Below, in pieces: positions 24,224-35,827 of a stretch of 64,000 bases of DNA (position 1 is the first letter of the stretch; every line of letters begins with the position of its first letter). This stretch comes from Amphiscolops sp. MND2022 (lineage: Eukaryota), in NCBI GenBank assembly GCA_964187785.1, contig OZ076416.1, positions 18,662,001-18,726,000 of the forward strand, written 5' to 3'. The notes below the pieces were generated by a model. It searched no databases. It worked only from the letters and a program-made list of their open reading frames with translations, and had not been told where the DNA came from. The position numbers and the translations under genes were made by a program.

Positions 24224-27200
24224 ATGCAAAATCAAAAAGCAACCGAAAGTGCAGGCTCTTCAAGTGAAGAAATCCACAAAAGAGCAAACTCGAAAACCGA
24301 AAAGACACACCAGAAAATTACCTTACCAACATTCGAAAAACGCGGGATACAGGAGGCGAAGCTTTGGTGGAGGCGATTCACACAATACATTAAAATGACC
24401 CAAAACATCGATCGTAACATAATGACCACAGATCGTGAGATACTAGAAAGTTACAGGAATGATCTGGAACACCGGATCAAAGATCTGTTTATTTGGGCAT
24501 TGGGCGAATCAGCGATAACGGAGATGACAAGAACCGTTAGAGACAACGACCCAAATCGAATGGACATAAATCAACTGTACTCATTATTCCGGTTACATTT
24601 CATACCGCAACGAAACAAATTCCATAGTAGAGCCGATTTCTTTGGAATAACGAGAAAAAAACACGAATCAGCGGAAGATGTGTGGACGAGAATCCTTCAA
24701 GTGGAAAAGAATTGCGAGTTCGAGAATGTAACACCAGCCGAACTAATAGCGTCAAAGTTTCTCTCCGTAATTGGAAGATCAACGGGAGACTACGAACTAA
24801 AGAAGAAAATTAGAAAAAGTGGCATGACGATAGAAACAAAAACAGCACTGATACACGAACACATGTACGATCGGCTAAATGACTCGAACAATTCGAACGA
24901 TGGAAAAGAAATTAAACACGTACAAGAACGACCATACAAACGAAAATGGACAGAAAAAACCGATGCAGACAAAATGAAGAAAAGACCGGAATACCAAAAA
25001 CAAAAATCAAAAGACAATCGTTGTGGACAATGCGGAGCACCCAACTGGTCAAGACAACACATCTGCCCAGCAAAATCAGCAGAAAGTAGAAAATGTGTAA
25101 GAAGGGGTCATTACGAAAAGATGTGCAGATTGATGAGAAGAGTACAATACGTCGACAAAACAACATCTTCAGCAGAAGAAGATAATTGGGATTATGAAAA
25201 AATCCAGAGGATAGAAAATACAAAACAAAAGAAAGGCTTCTACAACGCCACGCTATTGGTCAACAACGTACCAATAAAATTCATCATCGATAGTGGATCA
25301 CCAGTAACACTTATTCCGGAATGCTTGTTTAGCAAAATTACACCAATTGAACCACTCAAAACCACTTACAAAGATGTAAACAATCAAAAGATTAGCTTTA
25401 CAGGACAAACAAAAGCAATAGTCAAAACAAACAAAGAAACAATGGAACTACCACTACTAATTACAAAAGCACAAACCGCTCCGTTGATGGGACTGGACTG
25501 GATGCAACGGCTGAAAATAAACCTGAATTCAAACAACGACGCCGCAATCCAAATACACAACATGAATTTGGACAACACAGAAAGAAAAATCATAAAACTC
25601 CAGAACGATTTCAAAGATTTATTCTACAACAACAAAGAGATAAAGAATCTCTCGGTGAAAATAAATCTAAAAACTGGAGCACAAATAATACAACAAAAAG
25701 GACGACCAATCCCAATACATCTACAAGACCAAGTGGAACAGGAGCTGAAACGCCTAATAAAGCATGGTTATGTAGAAAAAGCAACGGAAATCACCAAAAA
25801 CTGCTTCGTAAGTCCTGCGGTAATAACCGTAAAAAAGGACAAATTGATAAAAATCGCACTTGATTCCAGAAAATTAAACGAAATTACTGTGAAAAGAAAA
25901 GCACAAATGCCGAACTTGGACGAATTGATATCACGAATTTCAAGAAAGATATCCGAAGGAGAAGACGGAGAAATACTAGCAACAAAGCTCGACTTTGATT
26001 ATGCATACGGACAAATTAAATTAGACGACGATACAAAAAATTTGTGCATATTTACCGTCACAGGGGGCAATTTCACTGGATATTACCGTTTCTTGAAAGG
26101 CTTTTATGGACTGGCAGACATTCCAACAATTTTCCAAGAACGGATAGATACGACATTAGAACACAAACATCCGGCCTGGTTAGACGATATAATAATTGTC
26201 ACCAAAGGAAACTTGGAAAAACACGAAATGGAAGTACGTGAAACAATGACGAAACTGGAAAGAGCAGGATATAGATTAAATCCAAACAAATGCGAATTCT
26301 TCAAGAAATCGAATGGGTTGGCCACAAAATCGACCAACAAGGGATACGACCTTTACAAGACAAATTGGACGCAATAAAAAAGATCAACATACCAAAAAAC
26401 GAAAAAGAACTAAAATCATTCCTGGGAGCAATTCAATACTTGTCAAAATACATTGAAAACATATCAACAAATACGGACATACTACGAAGAAAATTGAAAA
26501 AGCAAAACGAATGGATCTGGACAGAAGAACACACAAAAGCCTTTAATAACTTGAAAGAATGCATCACAAAAATCCCATGTCTAGCTCATTACAACGCCCA
26601 AAGCGAAAACATAATTACGACAGACGCCAGCACAAAAGGATTGGGGGCCACGCTTTGGCAAAAACAAAAATCCGGCGAATTAAAACCAATCGGATTTGCA
26701 AGCCGATACTTCTCCGATACCGAAAAGAAGTACGCAATGAACGAGTTGGAATTGCTAGCCGTAGTATGGGGTCTAGAACACTTTAGACTGTACATCTGCG
26801 GAAAACCAATCGAACTCTTAACAGACCATCAAGCGCTTGAACCACTGATCAAAAGAAACAGATCAAACAAAACCTATAGCGCGAGACTGACAAGATGGTT
26901 AGATCGCTTGGCTCATTTCGACATTAATATAAAACACATTGCCGGAAAACATTTAGCACTAACGGATTATTTGAGTAGAAATCCAATATCAAGTCCGGAA
27001 CCAATCGAAAATTACGACGAAGAGTACGTAATTAATTGCATAACACCACTACTCGAGTTCATCAACAATTACGGCAGCATTACCGGTAAGATGAACAAAG
27101 AAGCGCGAACGGACGAGATTGAGAAGTGTGAACTAATACTCAACCAATCAGAATCAAGCAAGCGGAACGAACCGAAATCAGAATGGAACAAAACAAACAA

Positions 27201-29469
27201 GCGCAGTTCGTTGCTACCTCAACTCAATACAGTCGATCGCAATACCATCAACAACGTGAAACACAATCACGAAACAATAATGGACATTCACCGCATTGAA
27301 CAAATTGAAGCAGACGATCCCTCCGAAGAAACTCAACAACTTGTGAACCGCTGGAAAGAAATAGTAAAACCCGGAGAATACCGAGCGTCGAAAGGAAACT
27401 GGAAAAAATACAATCCCCCAAGACACCACAGAGCGGAAATAAAAAGAATCGAGATGAATCTAAACCAAAGAAGAAACAAAATGCTCTGGAAACGCATGGA
27501 AGAGCAAGAAAAAGAACCCGAAGATGACACCACAAAAAGAGAAGAACTTTACCGAGTCATAGAAAAAATCAGAAACATGCCTAAAAAACAAGATGAAGGA
27601 CAAACGGAAACAACAAACGACTACATAAGGGAAGCAGGAAGCCTATCAGAAACAAACAAAACAGAATCAACCGGCTCCGCAGACTCACTTGATGTACCAG
27701 CAATTAATTTCAAAAGATATCTCGGTACGACCGGAGTGAGATACATCCAAATGGGACAAGCCAGTCACATTCGAAACGAAAATAAATGGGACCTAGAGGA
27801 AACCATCAGACAAGCCGAACAAAAGTTTACCACGGACTTAAAAACAATTGCCACAGAAACCACGAACGATGAGAAGCTGTTAAAAACACTAGTATGCTTG
27901 GAAAGAACGACGCTGGAACAAATACCGGACGAATACAAAACATACTACAAACAGCTGTCAACACGATTCGGCGTAGTATTCTACGATGACCGAATCATAA
28001 TACCAAAGTCATTGAGAACAACAATTATCATGCTGTTACATAAAGGACACGCGGCAATCAACAAAATGACGACAGCGGCAAAACCATTCTGGTGGCCACG
28101 AATGACACGAGATATACAACAAAAATGTGACGAGTGTATTCCGTGCAAAATGGCAGGTAAAAACATTAAACCACAATTACCAATGACTGAGATTAATTAC
28201 TTACCACCGGTAGAGAAAACAAATCAAGAAATCCAATTGGATTTCATCGGACCAATAAGATTTAAGCACCGGAGATTTTACATATTACTTTCTATAGACC
28301 GGTACAGCAGATGGCCGGCCGCATGCATATGCGAAGCACCGACAGGAAAAACAGCAAAAAATTTCCTGGAACAATATATTACACTGAGCGGGTTACCACA
28401 AACCATTAGAACAGACAAAGGCACTGCCTTTACTGGAAAAGAGTTTAGAGAAATCTGTAAATCTCTAAACATAAAGCTAATATATGGAACGCCATATATA
28501 CACACACCAACCGGATTGGTGGAAAGAGGTATTAGAACTCTAAAAAAATACCTCAGAACGATTTTAGAAGAAGGTTATAATATAAACGAAGCATTAAACC
28601 GTTCACTAAACGTAATGAGAACAACGGTCCATTCCAGCATAAAAGAAACACCGTTTGAACGCCACTATGGCAGAAAACCACGAACGGAAATTCATAACTA
28701 TTTGAATATATCACCAAACAAACATTATAATGTTTCAGCGAGACCGGAGACACTACAAGTCTACACATTCACCAATGGGAACGGAGCTTATGACCAACTG
28801 GTTATGAAAGCCCCAAGAAAGCTAAAATAAGACGTGAGTAACAAATTCCCATACTTATTTCTCGAAAAGAAACAAAACAAAGAAAAATTTGAAAGCGCAT
28901 ACGAAAACAAACCACAAACCGCAGTAGCTGGAACAAAACACACAATAACAACTGATAAAAACAAAATCATCCATAGAAAACGGATAAGCAAACCATTGAA
29001 CCCAAAATTTCAGAACCCATTATCACGACGGGGAGAAAACCCGAGGGGAAAGGACGGAAGATTCTTACAACAAGGACAACTGGATGAAGACACAGAGGAA
29101 CAGGGCGTAACAGCGGAACATTCACAGAGATGCAGTACCCCAATACTAGAGGAAAACATACTGGGCAAAACACTGGAAATGGAGAATACAACAATCAGTC
29201 CAGTGTACGGCAGAGGACGAAGAAAATTGATAAGAGACAGAAAACAAAACACAAACACAACACAAGGATCGACAATAAACCCCAGACCAACTACAGAAGA
29301 CGACCCAAACATGATAAAAGTAGTAGACCAAAACGGTAATAATAACAATCTAATAAAAACGGAAAACATAGAACAAACCGAAAACCAAAACGAACAAAAT
29401 ATACGAAAGTCAACCAGAATAAGATCCGCTAACCCAATAATTAGATATGGTAATCCAATCACGTTCTGA
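24224..29469 (+). pseudogene. Gag-pol copy 3 (gag-PR-RT-RH-INT), with a frameshift near 26305 and a nonsense codon at 28828
   Basis: RT LDSRKLN / YAYGQ / WLDDII; RH TDAS / ELELLA / TDHQ; INT HKGH..CIPC, QLDFIGP, TDKG, GLVERG. ORF 28834..29469 is in frame with 26290..28830. Confidence 0.93.
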
Positions 29470-29724
29470 CTATTACAGGTAACACCGTTAACAAATGGAG
29501 TGCGCAAGACAACCAGTAAAAGAGGAGCGAGAAAACGACCGGAAAACAGAAAGAAGGAGATTTCAGAAATGAAAGAAGAAGAGGACTATACGGAACAAAC
29601 CGTATATAAAACAATCATAAACATCTGGACCATTCGGTGCTACCGTTTGAATTTTGAGTTCATTAGTGTATTGACTATTTATGTTTATACATGTAGTTAT
29701 CTTCCATTTATATACAAGGGGGAA

Positions 29725-29919
29725 TGTGGCATGACGTCACTTTATGCAGTAACATACATGTATTCTATAAATAGTAGCCATGACAATTTTGTACCTGTCA
29801 GAGAGGCTACTGCTTGAAACCAAGCTGTTCTATTCACTAACCTTTGAATTACGCTTATCGATCAGAATAGATTATTCAGCATCAACATTATCTTTATCTC
29901 TTTTCGAGAAGATACAACA
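29725..29919 (+). repeat. 3' LTR of Mag-like element 1
   Basis: Preceded by PPT AAGGGGGAA (29716-24) and followed by TSD AGCCT. Confidence 0.97.
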
Positions 29920-30524
29920 AGCCTTTTGCGGAAGCACCTGTCCAATGTTTAGAAAACGAGCCGAAACCAAGTTCTGGGTCCTCCCACGAGTATCGAGCGC
30001 GAAGGTACAAAGTCAAAGTTGGACTTGTAATAACTGCAAACTAGCCTTTGTCTCAATCAGTTCCTGTCAATCAAAAATGGTTGTCAAGACGTTTGTGCCT
30101 GTCCTACTTTATCACTAATCGTTACTGATTGTTTTAAGCCAACGTTTCAAACGACCATTTTCTTTGGTGTCTTGTTATTCGTTCTTTTTCGTTAGTTTTA
30201 GAGATCTGATCTAGGCTTGGTTCCTCCAAATAAACTCTGGCAAAAATGCATGTGAAAAAAATTTTTTTCGTACAATTGTACAATTATTATGCTTCAGACA
30301 ACCAGGATAAAGACAAAATAAAGAAACTCAAAATGAAGGTCATGCCGAGTGGAAGTCAACAAATCCTTTTTTACCAAAAATATATTCTATTAGCAATTTA
30401 GATGTTGGCAAAAACGTATGTGAAAAATTGAATTAAAACAATGTTCCCAATTTTTATCCCGTCAGAAATTATCAGTGTCCTTTTTTGGCAGCGACCACTT
30501 CAAGTAGTTGTTTGAGAAAGGAAT

Positions 30525-31507
30525 TGGCAAGTTTTCTAAAAAGATCCATCTCAAGGCCATCTCATGAATGGCCTCTTGAATAGCCTTTTCAAGTTTCCTA
30601 AATTGTCGTAAACCTTCTTGTTACGCTCGGCGCACCATAAATGACTATTAATCTTCAATAGGATTACAGTCGGGAGAACAAGGCGTCCAGTCCAGAAGAT
30701 CAATCTTCTTTGATTCGAAAAAATTTTTTGTGCTTTGAAATGTATGTGGAGTTGCATTGTTTTCCATTAAAACATAGCCAGGTTGATGCCATTCATAGCC
30801 ATGTGACTCTCCTCTATAAAATACTGATAGTATTCCGAGTTTACATTGCCCTCACACAAATGTATGAAAGTAGTTCCATTGAATCCAATTCCTGACTAAA
30901 CCCCTAATCCTCTAGAGAAATCTTTTTTGCCGTAAACCCTTCGCATTTCTCTACACCAATAAAATCTCATTCCATCAGGCCCATCGAGAAAAAAAACGTT
31001 TTTCGTGGATGAAAGTGATTTTCCGGATATCCAAACTCCCAGTCGTTATTTTCTCCAGTAGCGTTTTTGCCCAATCGAACCTGGTGTTCCGTATGGTCTT
31101 CTCTTCGCCAAATAATACCGAATACAAACATAACTTCGGCCAATGACCCGAGCGATATCGGAAACACTCGTTCCTGCTCTATGCATTCCCAAAATTTGAC
31201 CTTGATCAAAATTTGATAGCAAAGTGCCTCTTCTTGGCATTTTGCAATGGATATCTTTTTTTTATCACTGGAAAACTGTCTTGGTGTCTTGACTGTTTGT
31301 TAAACTGAAAAAATACTATTGTTTTTATATGCATTACTCCCTGATTCAAAACTGGAGTGAAACGTAGACATTCAAATTAGAATGTGTTTTTTTCACATAC
31401 GTTTTGGCCGAGTAGATTTAGAGTTTCGCTTGACCTGGCATTCAATGCAACATTTCTGGTTCCGTATTGGAACTATGATACAGCAGTTTCATTGTTAATA
31501 AATCTTA
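30525..31507 (-). mobile_element. Tc1/mariner (Tc3-like) transposase relic, copy 2, same internal deletion as copy 1
   Basis: Colinear and clearly homologous to 19070-20030. Motifs MPRRGTLLSNFDQGQILGMHRAGTSVSDIAR, GPDGMRFYW and SPDCNPIE. Confidence 0.8.
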
Positions 31508-33871
31508 AAGTGCCCCAAAAGTCAAAAGTATCCCAATAGATACATAATGACAAATTCACATTTTTCACATGCATTCTTGCCAGATTTAAGTCGCAAGGAG
31601 TAAAAACTGTATATGTGTGAGTATATCGCTGCATCTCAGTGAGTTTTTTCTAAATCGCTACGGACTTTGCACTTTCGATATGATAGGAAGGATTTCTGAG
31701 CGTGCAAGACAGTGATCTTCGTTTCCAAAACCATGATGTGATCACTTTGAAAGTTAAGAACTATCTAATTTTACGTCTGGGATGCGACGTTGAAGAATAA
31801 AACCATTTGAACGGGGAATAAAACCGCCCTAAACGCGCATTACGAAGCAACGAAATTTTCATTGAGTTCTTGTTTGAAAGTCACAGTTCATAAATGCAAA
31901 TGAAGTGAAACAAAAGCGTTTGTCATTGAAAGAGTATTTTCATGTTTATACTTTCACACTCACTTTTCATAACTGGTCTTGTAATGTTGTCTTTTCTGAT
32001 AGGCGTCGTTAAGTCGTCATTCAATCCAAAGCCAAATGATATGTAATCTGTAGTAATCTTTTGATGTTTCTTGCCAGATGAAAATTATTTGTTGCTACCA
32101 ATCTAAAAGTGTATTTCGCCACCAATCTTGTTATGTGTTGCATGGGAATAACGTTATTCGTTGAGGGCGTTCCAATTCCTACATCATCAACTAGTTTTGT
32201 AAAATGTTGACGTTACTTTAACAAATGATTATTATACTTAATTAAGTAAGAGATTTAATTGTGTGGACCAAACAAATCTTCGGCTCTCATCATACTTTCT
32301 CTTTCTCTTAGCGTCATTCAAACAATTTGTGCGGAATAGTCATCATTTCCATCAAAATGAAATTTAAAATGAGGGTACTAGTTGTTCACGTCAGCGTCAT
32401 CTCCGCGTCAAATTTCCCGCGAACCGAAGCAGTAAAACAAGGAAGCCTTTCTGGTTTGACTGATTGATGTGAAATCTACTTTCTGCTTGTAATGAAATAA
32501 ACGGGACACCTGAATGAAATGATAAGATCATGTATGATGTCTAATATCAAACAAAGGGTTTGTGCACAATTCTTGGCAAACATGACCACGTGAACTTGAG
32601 AATTTAAGTGAAATTTCCCCTAATAACACCGGCATTGACTATTTGTTAAGGAGAAATTTGGGTGATCTATCGTGATCAAATGATGCTAGGTATATATACC
32701 CAAGATTGGTAAATACGATTCATTCAAAATCGTGATTCTTTGCAGACAAAACTCAAACGATAAAACCGTCACAATTTTTAAAACTCAAATTAAATTTTAC
32801 AAATCAAAGTCTTTTTTACAAAATGTCTACAGGAAGTCAGAAGAGAAGAAACAATCAGCAAGAAAGCACCTATAACGTAAGTGAAAAGCTTAACGTAAAT
32901 GTCGGAGGCTGCTGCCTGTGACAGTACTACAATAACAACTACGGCCGAAGGGCAGGAAATTGTACCCTGAACGCTGTCGACCTTCTAACATCAGAAACTA
33001 GCAATCATTTTGCTAAACGGGAATTTAACTTATTTTACATCCTAAAATAATCTTTTGGAATATCAATATACTATACTCTGTATTAGTAATAGTTTGTTAT
33101 TAGTCTGTTACCTTTCATATAGAAATGCTCAAGATGAGGTTTGAATTGACAAAGCAGATTGGAATATGTAATGCAATAGTATGCTGAACGCAACTGATTA
33201 ACAGTAAAGGAAATGAGTTCAAATGAGATAAAGTGCGATTCCGGCGACGTTACTTGCGCAAGCTGTGTGAACCAATCACGTGTCAATATTTGATGTGCTA
33301 ATTGTATACTTTTATACTAATGGACGAGTAAGGCCTTCTGACGCTGCCATACAGCACAAGAAATGAACACTGGTCAAATGGCCGGTTCCGGCTGTTTCTT
33401 GTGGTATGTTGAAATATTAAGAATCACCCCCTCCAATTAATGAATACCAAGTATCCTAGTACTTTTCAGGACTAATTATTACTTTGCGCAAATTAGTTGC
33501 TATTCATTGTTGCTTAATTTCAATAGATTAGTTTGCGTGCTTTTGTTGGATGAATATTGTTTGCTATTCGTGTGTCGAATGGCTGGAATAAGCTAATTTC
33601 ACGTAATGTTATATGACATGATGTTGTAAAGTCATGACAATTTAGATAACCCTCAGACCACACGTGTGGGCACGTGCCTATTGAGGAATGCATTCTTGGA
33701 ATGTGTTATGTACGGTAGAGTTTTGATGTGTCGGTATTATTTGATATTGATAGGTAAACATTTTGAGTTGTGTGTATACATAACCGTTCAAAATCCTTTG
33801 ATATGTACCTTGTGAAAAAGGAATTTGATTTATGTTGAAATGTTGATCTCATAATGTGTGAAAAATGTGAT

Positions 33872-34383
33872 TGTCATGCCTCAAAGAGTACATATACCTT
33901 CAGCACTTTGGGTTTGACACACAATTCCTAGGTGGAAGAATCCGGCTAGAAGACCGGAATACAGATCTGAAGAAGCCTTGGAGCGTAGGTTTAGGAGCGA
34001 CTCCAGATATGAGTTCTACAGGTTTCCAAACAAATGAAGAATTAGAGAGCAGTCATGACAGTAAGTGAATGCCTAGTTTCACCAGTTTCGATCCCAAATG
34101 AGGAATTAGACGATCATGATAGAGCAGTAAAAAATGGGATCGAAAACAGCACTCTAGAAAGCCTGAGAACATCTTTGAAGGAAGAAATAACTTGGGAAAT
34201 CAAAGGATTATCATTGGAGTCCCAGAGAGAGTTGTTGAAATTGCTCAAGTCTAAAACAGGAGAAAACGTAAAGAACGAATGCAATGAAACTATTGAAGAG
34301 GATTCCAAAAGTTTCTACACACCGACTAGATTTGGTAAAAAGAAACCCTACTTCAAACAACGACCAATGTACAAGTCGTAACA
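33872..34383 (+). mobile_element. ORF-bearing solo-LTR-like element (divergent subfamily, 512 bp)
   Basis: TGTCAT...GTAACA termini, an imperfect 5' hairpin (TGTCA..CAAAG / CTTTGG..TGACA), and a broken ORF (MSSTGFQ..LESLRTSLKEEIT.EIKGL..FYTPT). No TSD seen. Confidence 0.55.
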
Positions 34384-35603
34384 TTGGGGTCACTTATGAA
34401 ATTGTGGAATCTTTCTCTTTTTTTGAAAAAACGAAGTCATCATTGCTTCAATGAAAAATTGAAATTTGACTGATAATGAGCTTTATTGAAAACGTGCATG
34501 CTCACTTAAAACCATGAATTATGTTGGTTGTTCATACATTCTAAGTTGGATATATCTTACAAATCTTAGTATTTGAGGTTTCCTGTTATCGAACAATGAA
34601 TTCAGCTCAATCCCCCTTTCAAAAATTTTCCGCGAGTGGAGCCACGATTTTTCAAGCTGAACTTCCTGTGGTAAGAATCACTATTTTAATGCTGATTTTT
34701 TGCCAGTATGAAAAAGAGCAGAAAAATTGTATTCAGCGTCCCACAGAAATTTGAGGTTTTCAATTAGCTTCCTGTTTTGTATAGAACGTCAGTACCGAGG
34801 TACTCACAGCGTTTGATTCAGACTAAAACTTTGACAAATCAGTACGACACTATTTCTGCCGACATTTTTTGGGAATGGTTTAAAAATACAGGAGGGGGAA
34901 GGATGGTGAGATTGTGATAACAGAAAAAAAACGTCAGTTTTGATTTCAGCACCCGCTTCGACACATCATGGGCCCTGGTAGATCGAACACCCAGTGACAA
35001 TTTTGACACGCGGGTTTGGGGTTCGAACACTTGCACCTTTAAGCATGGGCGGCTTAAATGAAACCTAATCTTGCGTGAAATCATTGAAAATTTATGAACT
35101 GTATAGTTTTCAGACGGAAGGATTTGTGTCATAAGCATCAAATATTCACGGAGGTGCGAGCTTCCAATGAGGACTACACAAAAATATGGTTACTTCCGTA
35201 TTTGGAGCGATAAACTTTGAAGAAAACCAAATCGATTTCAGGAAAAAAAAACTTTAATGCAACTAGACCTCAGATGTTTTCAATCATTCTTTTGTTGATT
35301 ATACTCAGCAAAATTATTGCTACCTGCTAAAAGCAGGGTTTACTTTCTTGAATTTTTGATGCGTATTCGTTTTTGCAAAATCTCAACTCTGACGATAAAA
35401 TGTCATGTCTACCTGTAGAGTACTGTTGCATTTTTCAAATGAAACCTTGGCTCATTCGATTAAAAACACTCACTCTATGGACGTTGTTCTAGTATCTATT
35501 ACGTCAGCTACGTAATGATTCATCTGCTTCTGGGAAACGAAAGTTGGATCAATTTTTGTTTCCCAGAAACTGATTTTCTTCCCTACTATGGTTCTTGTGA
35601 TAA

Positions 35604-35827
35604 TTATTGTTCAAAGCGCCCATGCCTGCAAAGACTCTGTAGTATCTCTAGACCACACTTCTCGTACAGGTAGCAACTTTCATCCACGGAAAGCGACATC
35701 AAGTAGGCAACAACCTCCGGAATCTCTCGAAGCAACAGAGGAACCTCTGAGCTCATCACAATCTTTTTCTGGGTTTCCAGGTCTTTCGATTTCACCAGCT
35801 TGATTATGTCGTCATTCCTCAGAGAAT
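35604..35827 (-). CDS. Host gene terminal exon D (SLRNDDIIKLVK...GRFEQ*)
   Basis: Acceptor TTTTTTCAACAG, phase 1, ends in TAA. Confidence 0.68.

Larger units (their letters stand above)
20681..29919 (+). mobile_element. Full-length Mag-like Ty3/Gypsy LTR retrotransposon with an internal tandem triplication of U5-PBS-gag-pro
   Basis: 195-bp TG...CA LTRs (2 differences), 5-bp TSD AGCCT (20676-80 and 29920-24), PBS TGGCGCAGT, PPT AAGGGGGAA. Mag-type double Cys/His gag motif (CGQCGAPNWSRQHICPAKSAECRKCERRGH..MC). Domain order PR-RT-RH-INT. Confidence 0.97.

Noticed and set aside
26290-26377. Programmed ribosomal frameshift between ORFs 24224..26377 and 26290..28830
   Set aside because: The break is inside RT (expected FFKKEIEWVGH) and looks like a 4-bp slippage deletion in AAGAAAGAAA. 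Element 2 is continuous at this site.
28834-29469. Separate env-like third ORF in element 1
   Set aside because: It is in frame with pol after one stop codon, its homologue is continuous with the integrase region in element 2, and it has no signal peptide or transmembrane segment.
20901-29507. Many antisense ORFs repeated three times (for example MCCLDQLGAPHCPQ.., MYFLSSGFF..)
   Set aside because: These are shadow frames of the A-rich gag-pol strand, and their repetition only reflects the triplication.
19070-31507. Composite transposon made of two Tc3-like copies carrying the Gypsy element
   Set aside because: The Gypsy element has its own TSD, the Tc3-like copies are much more diverged than its LTRs, and no TIRs were found.
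31510-33870. tRNA, SINE or ncRNA genes in the AT-rich intergenic stretch (also the GGTTCGAAC at about 35020)
   Set aside because: No cloverleaf or paired A/B boxes could be traced.
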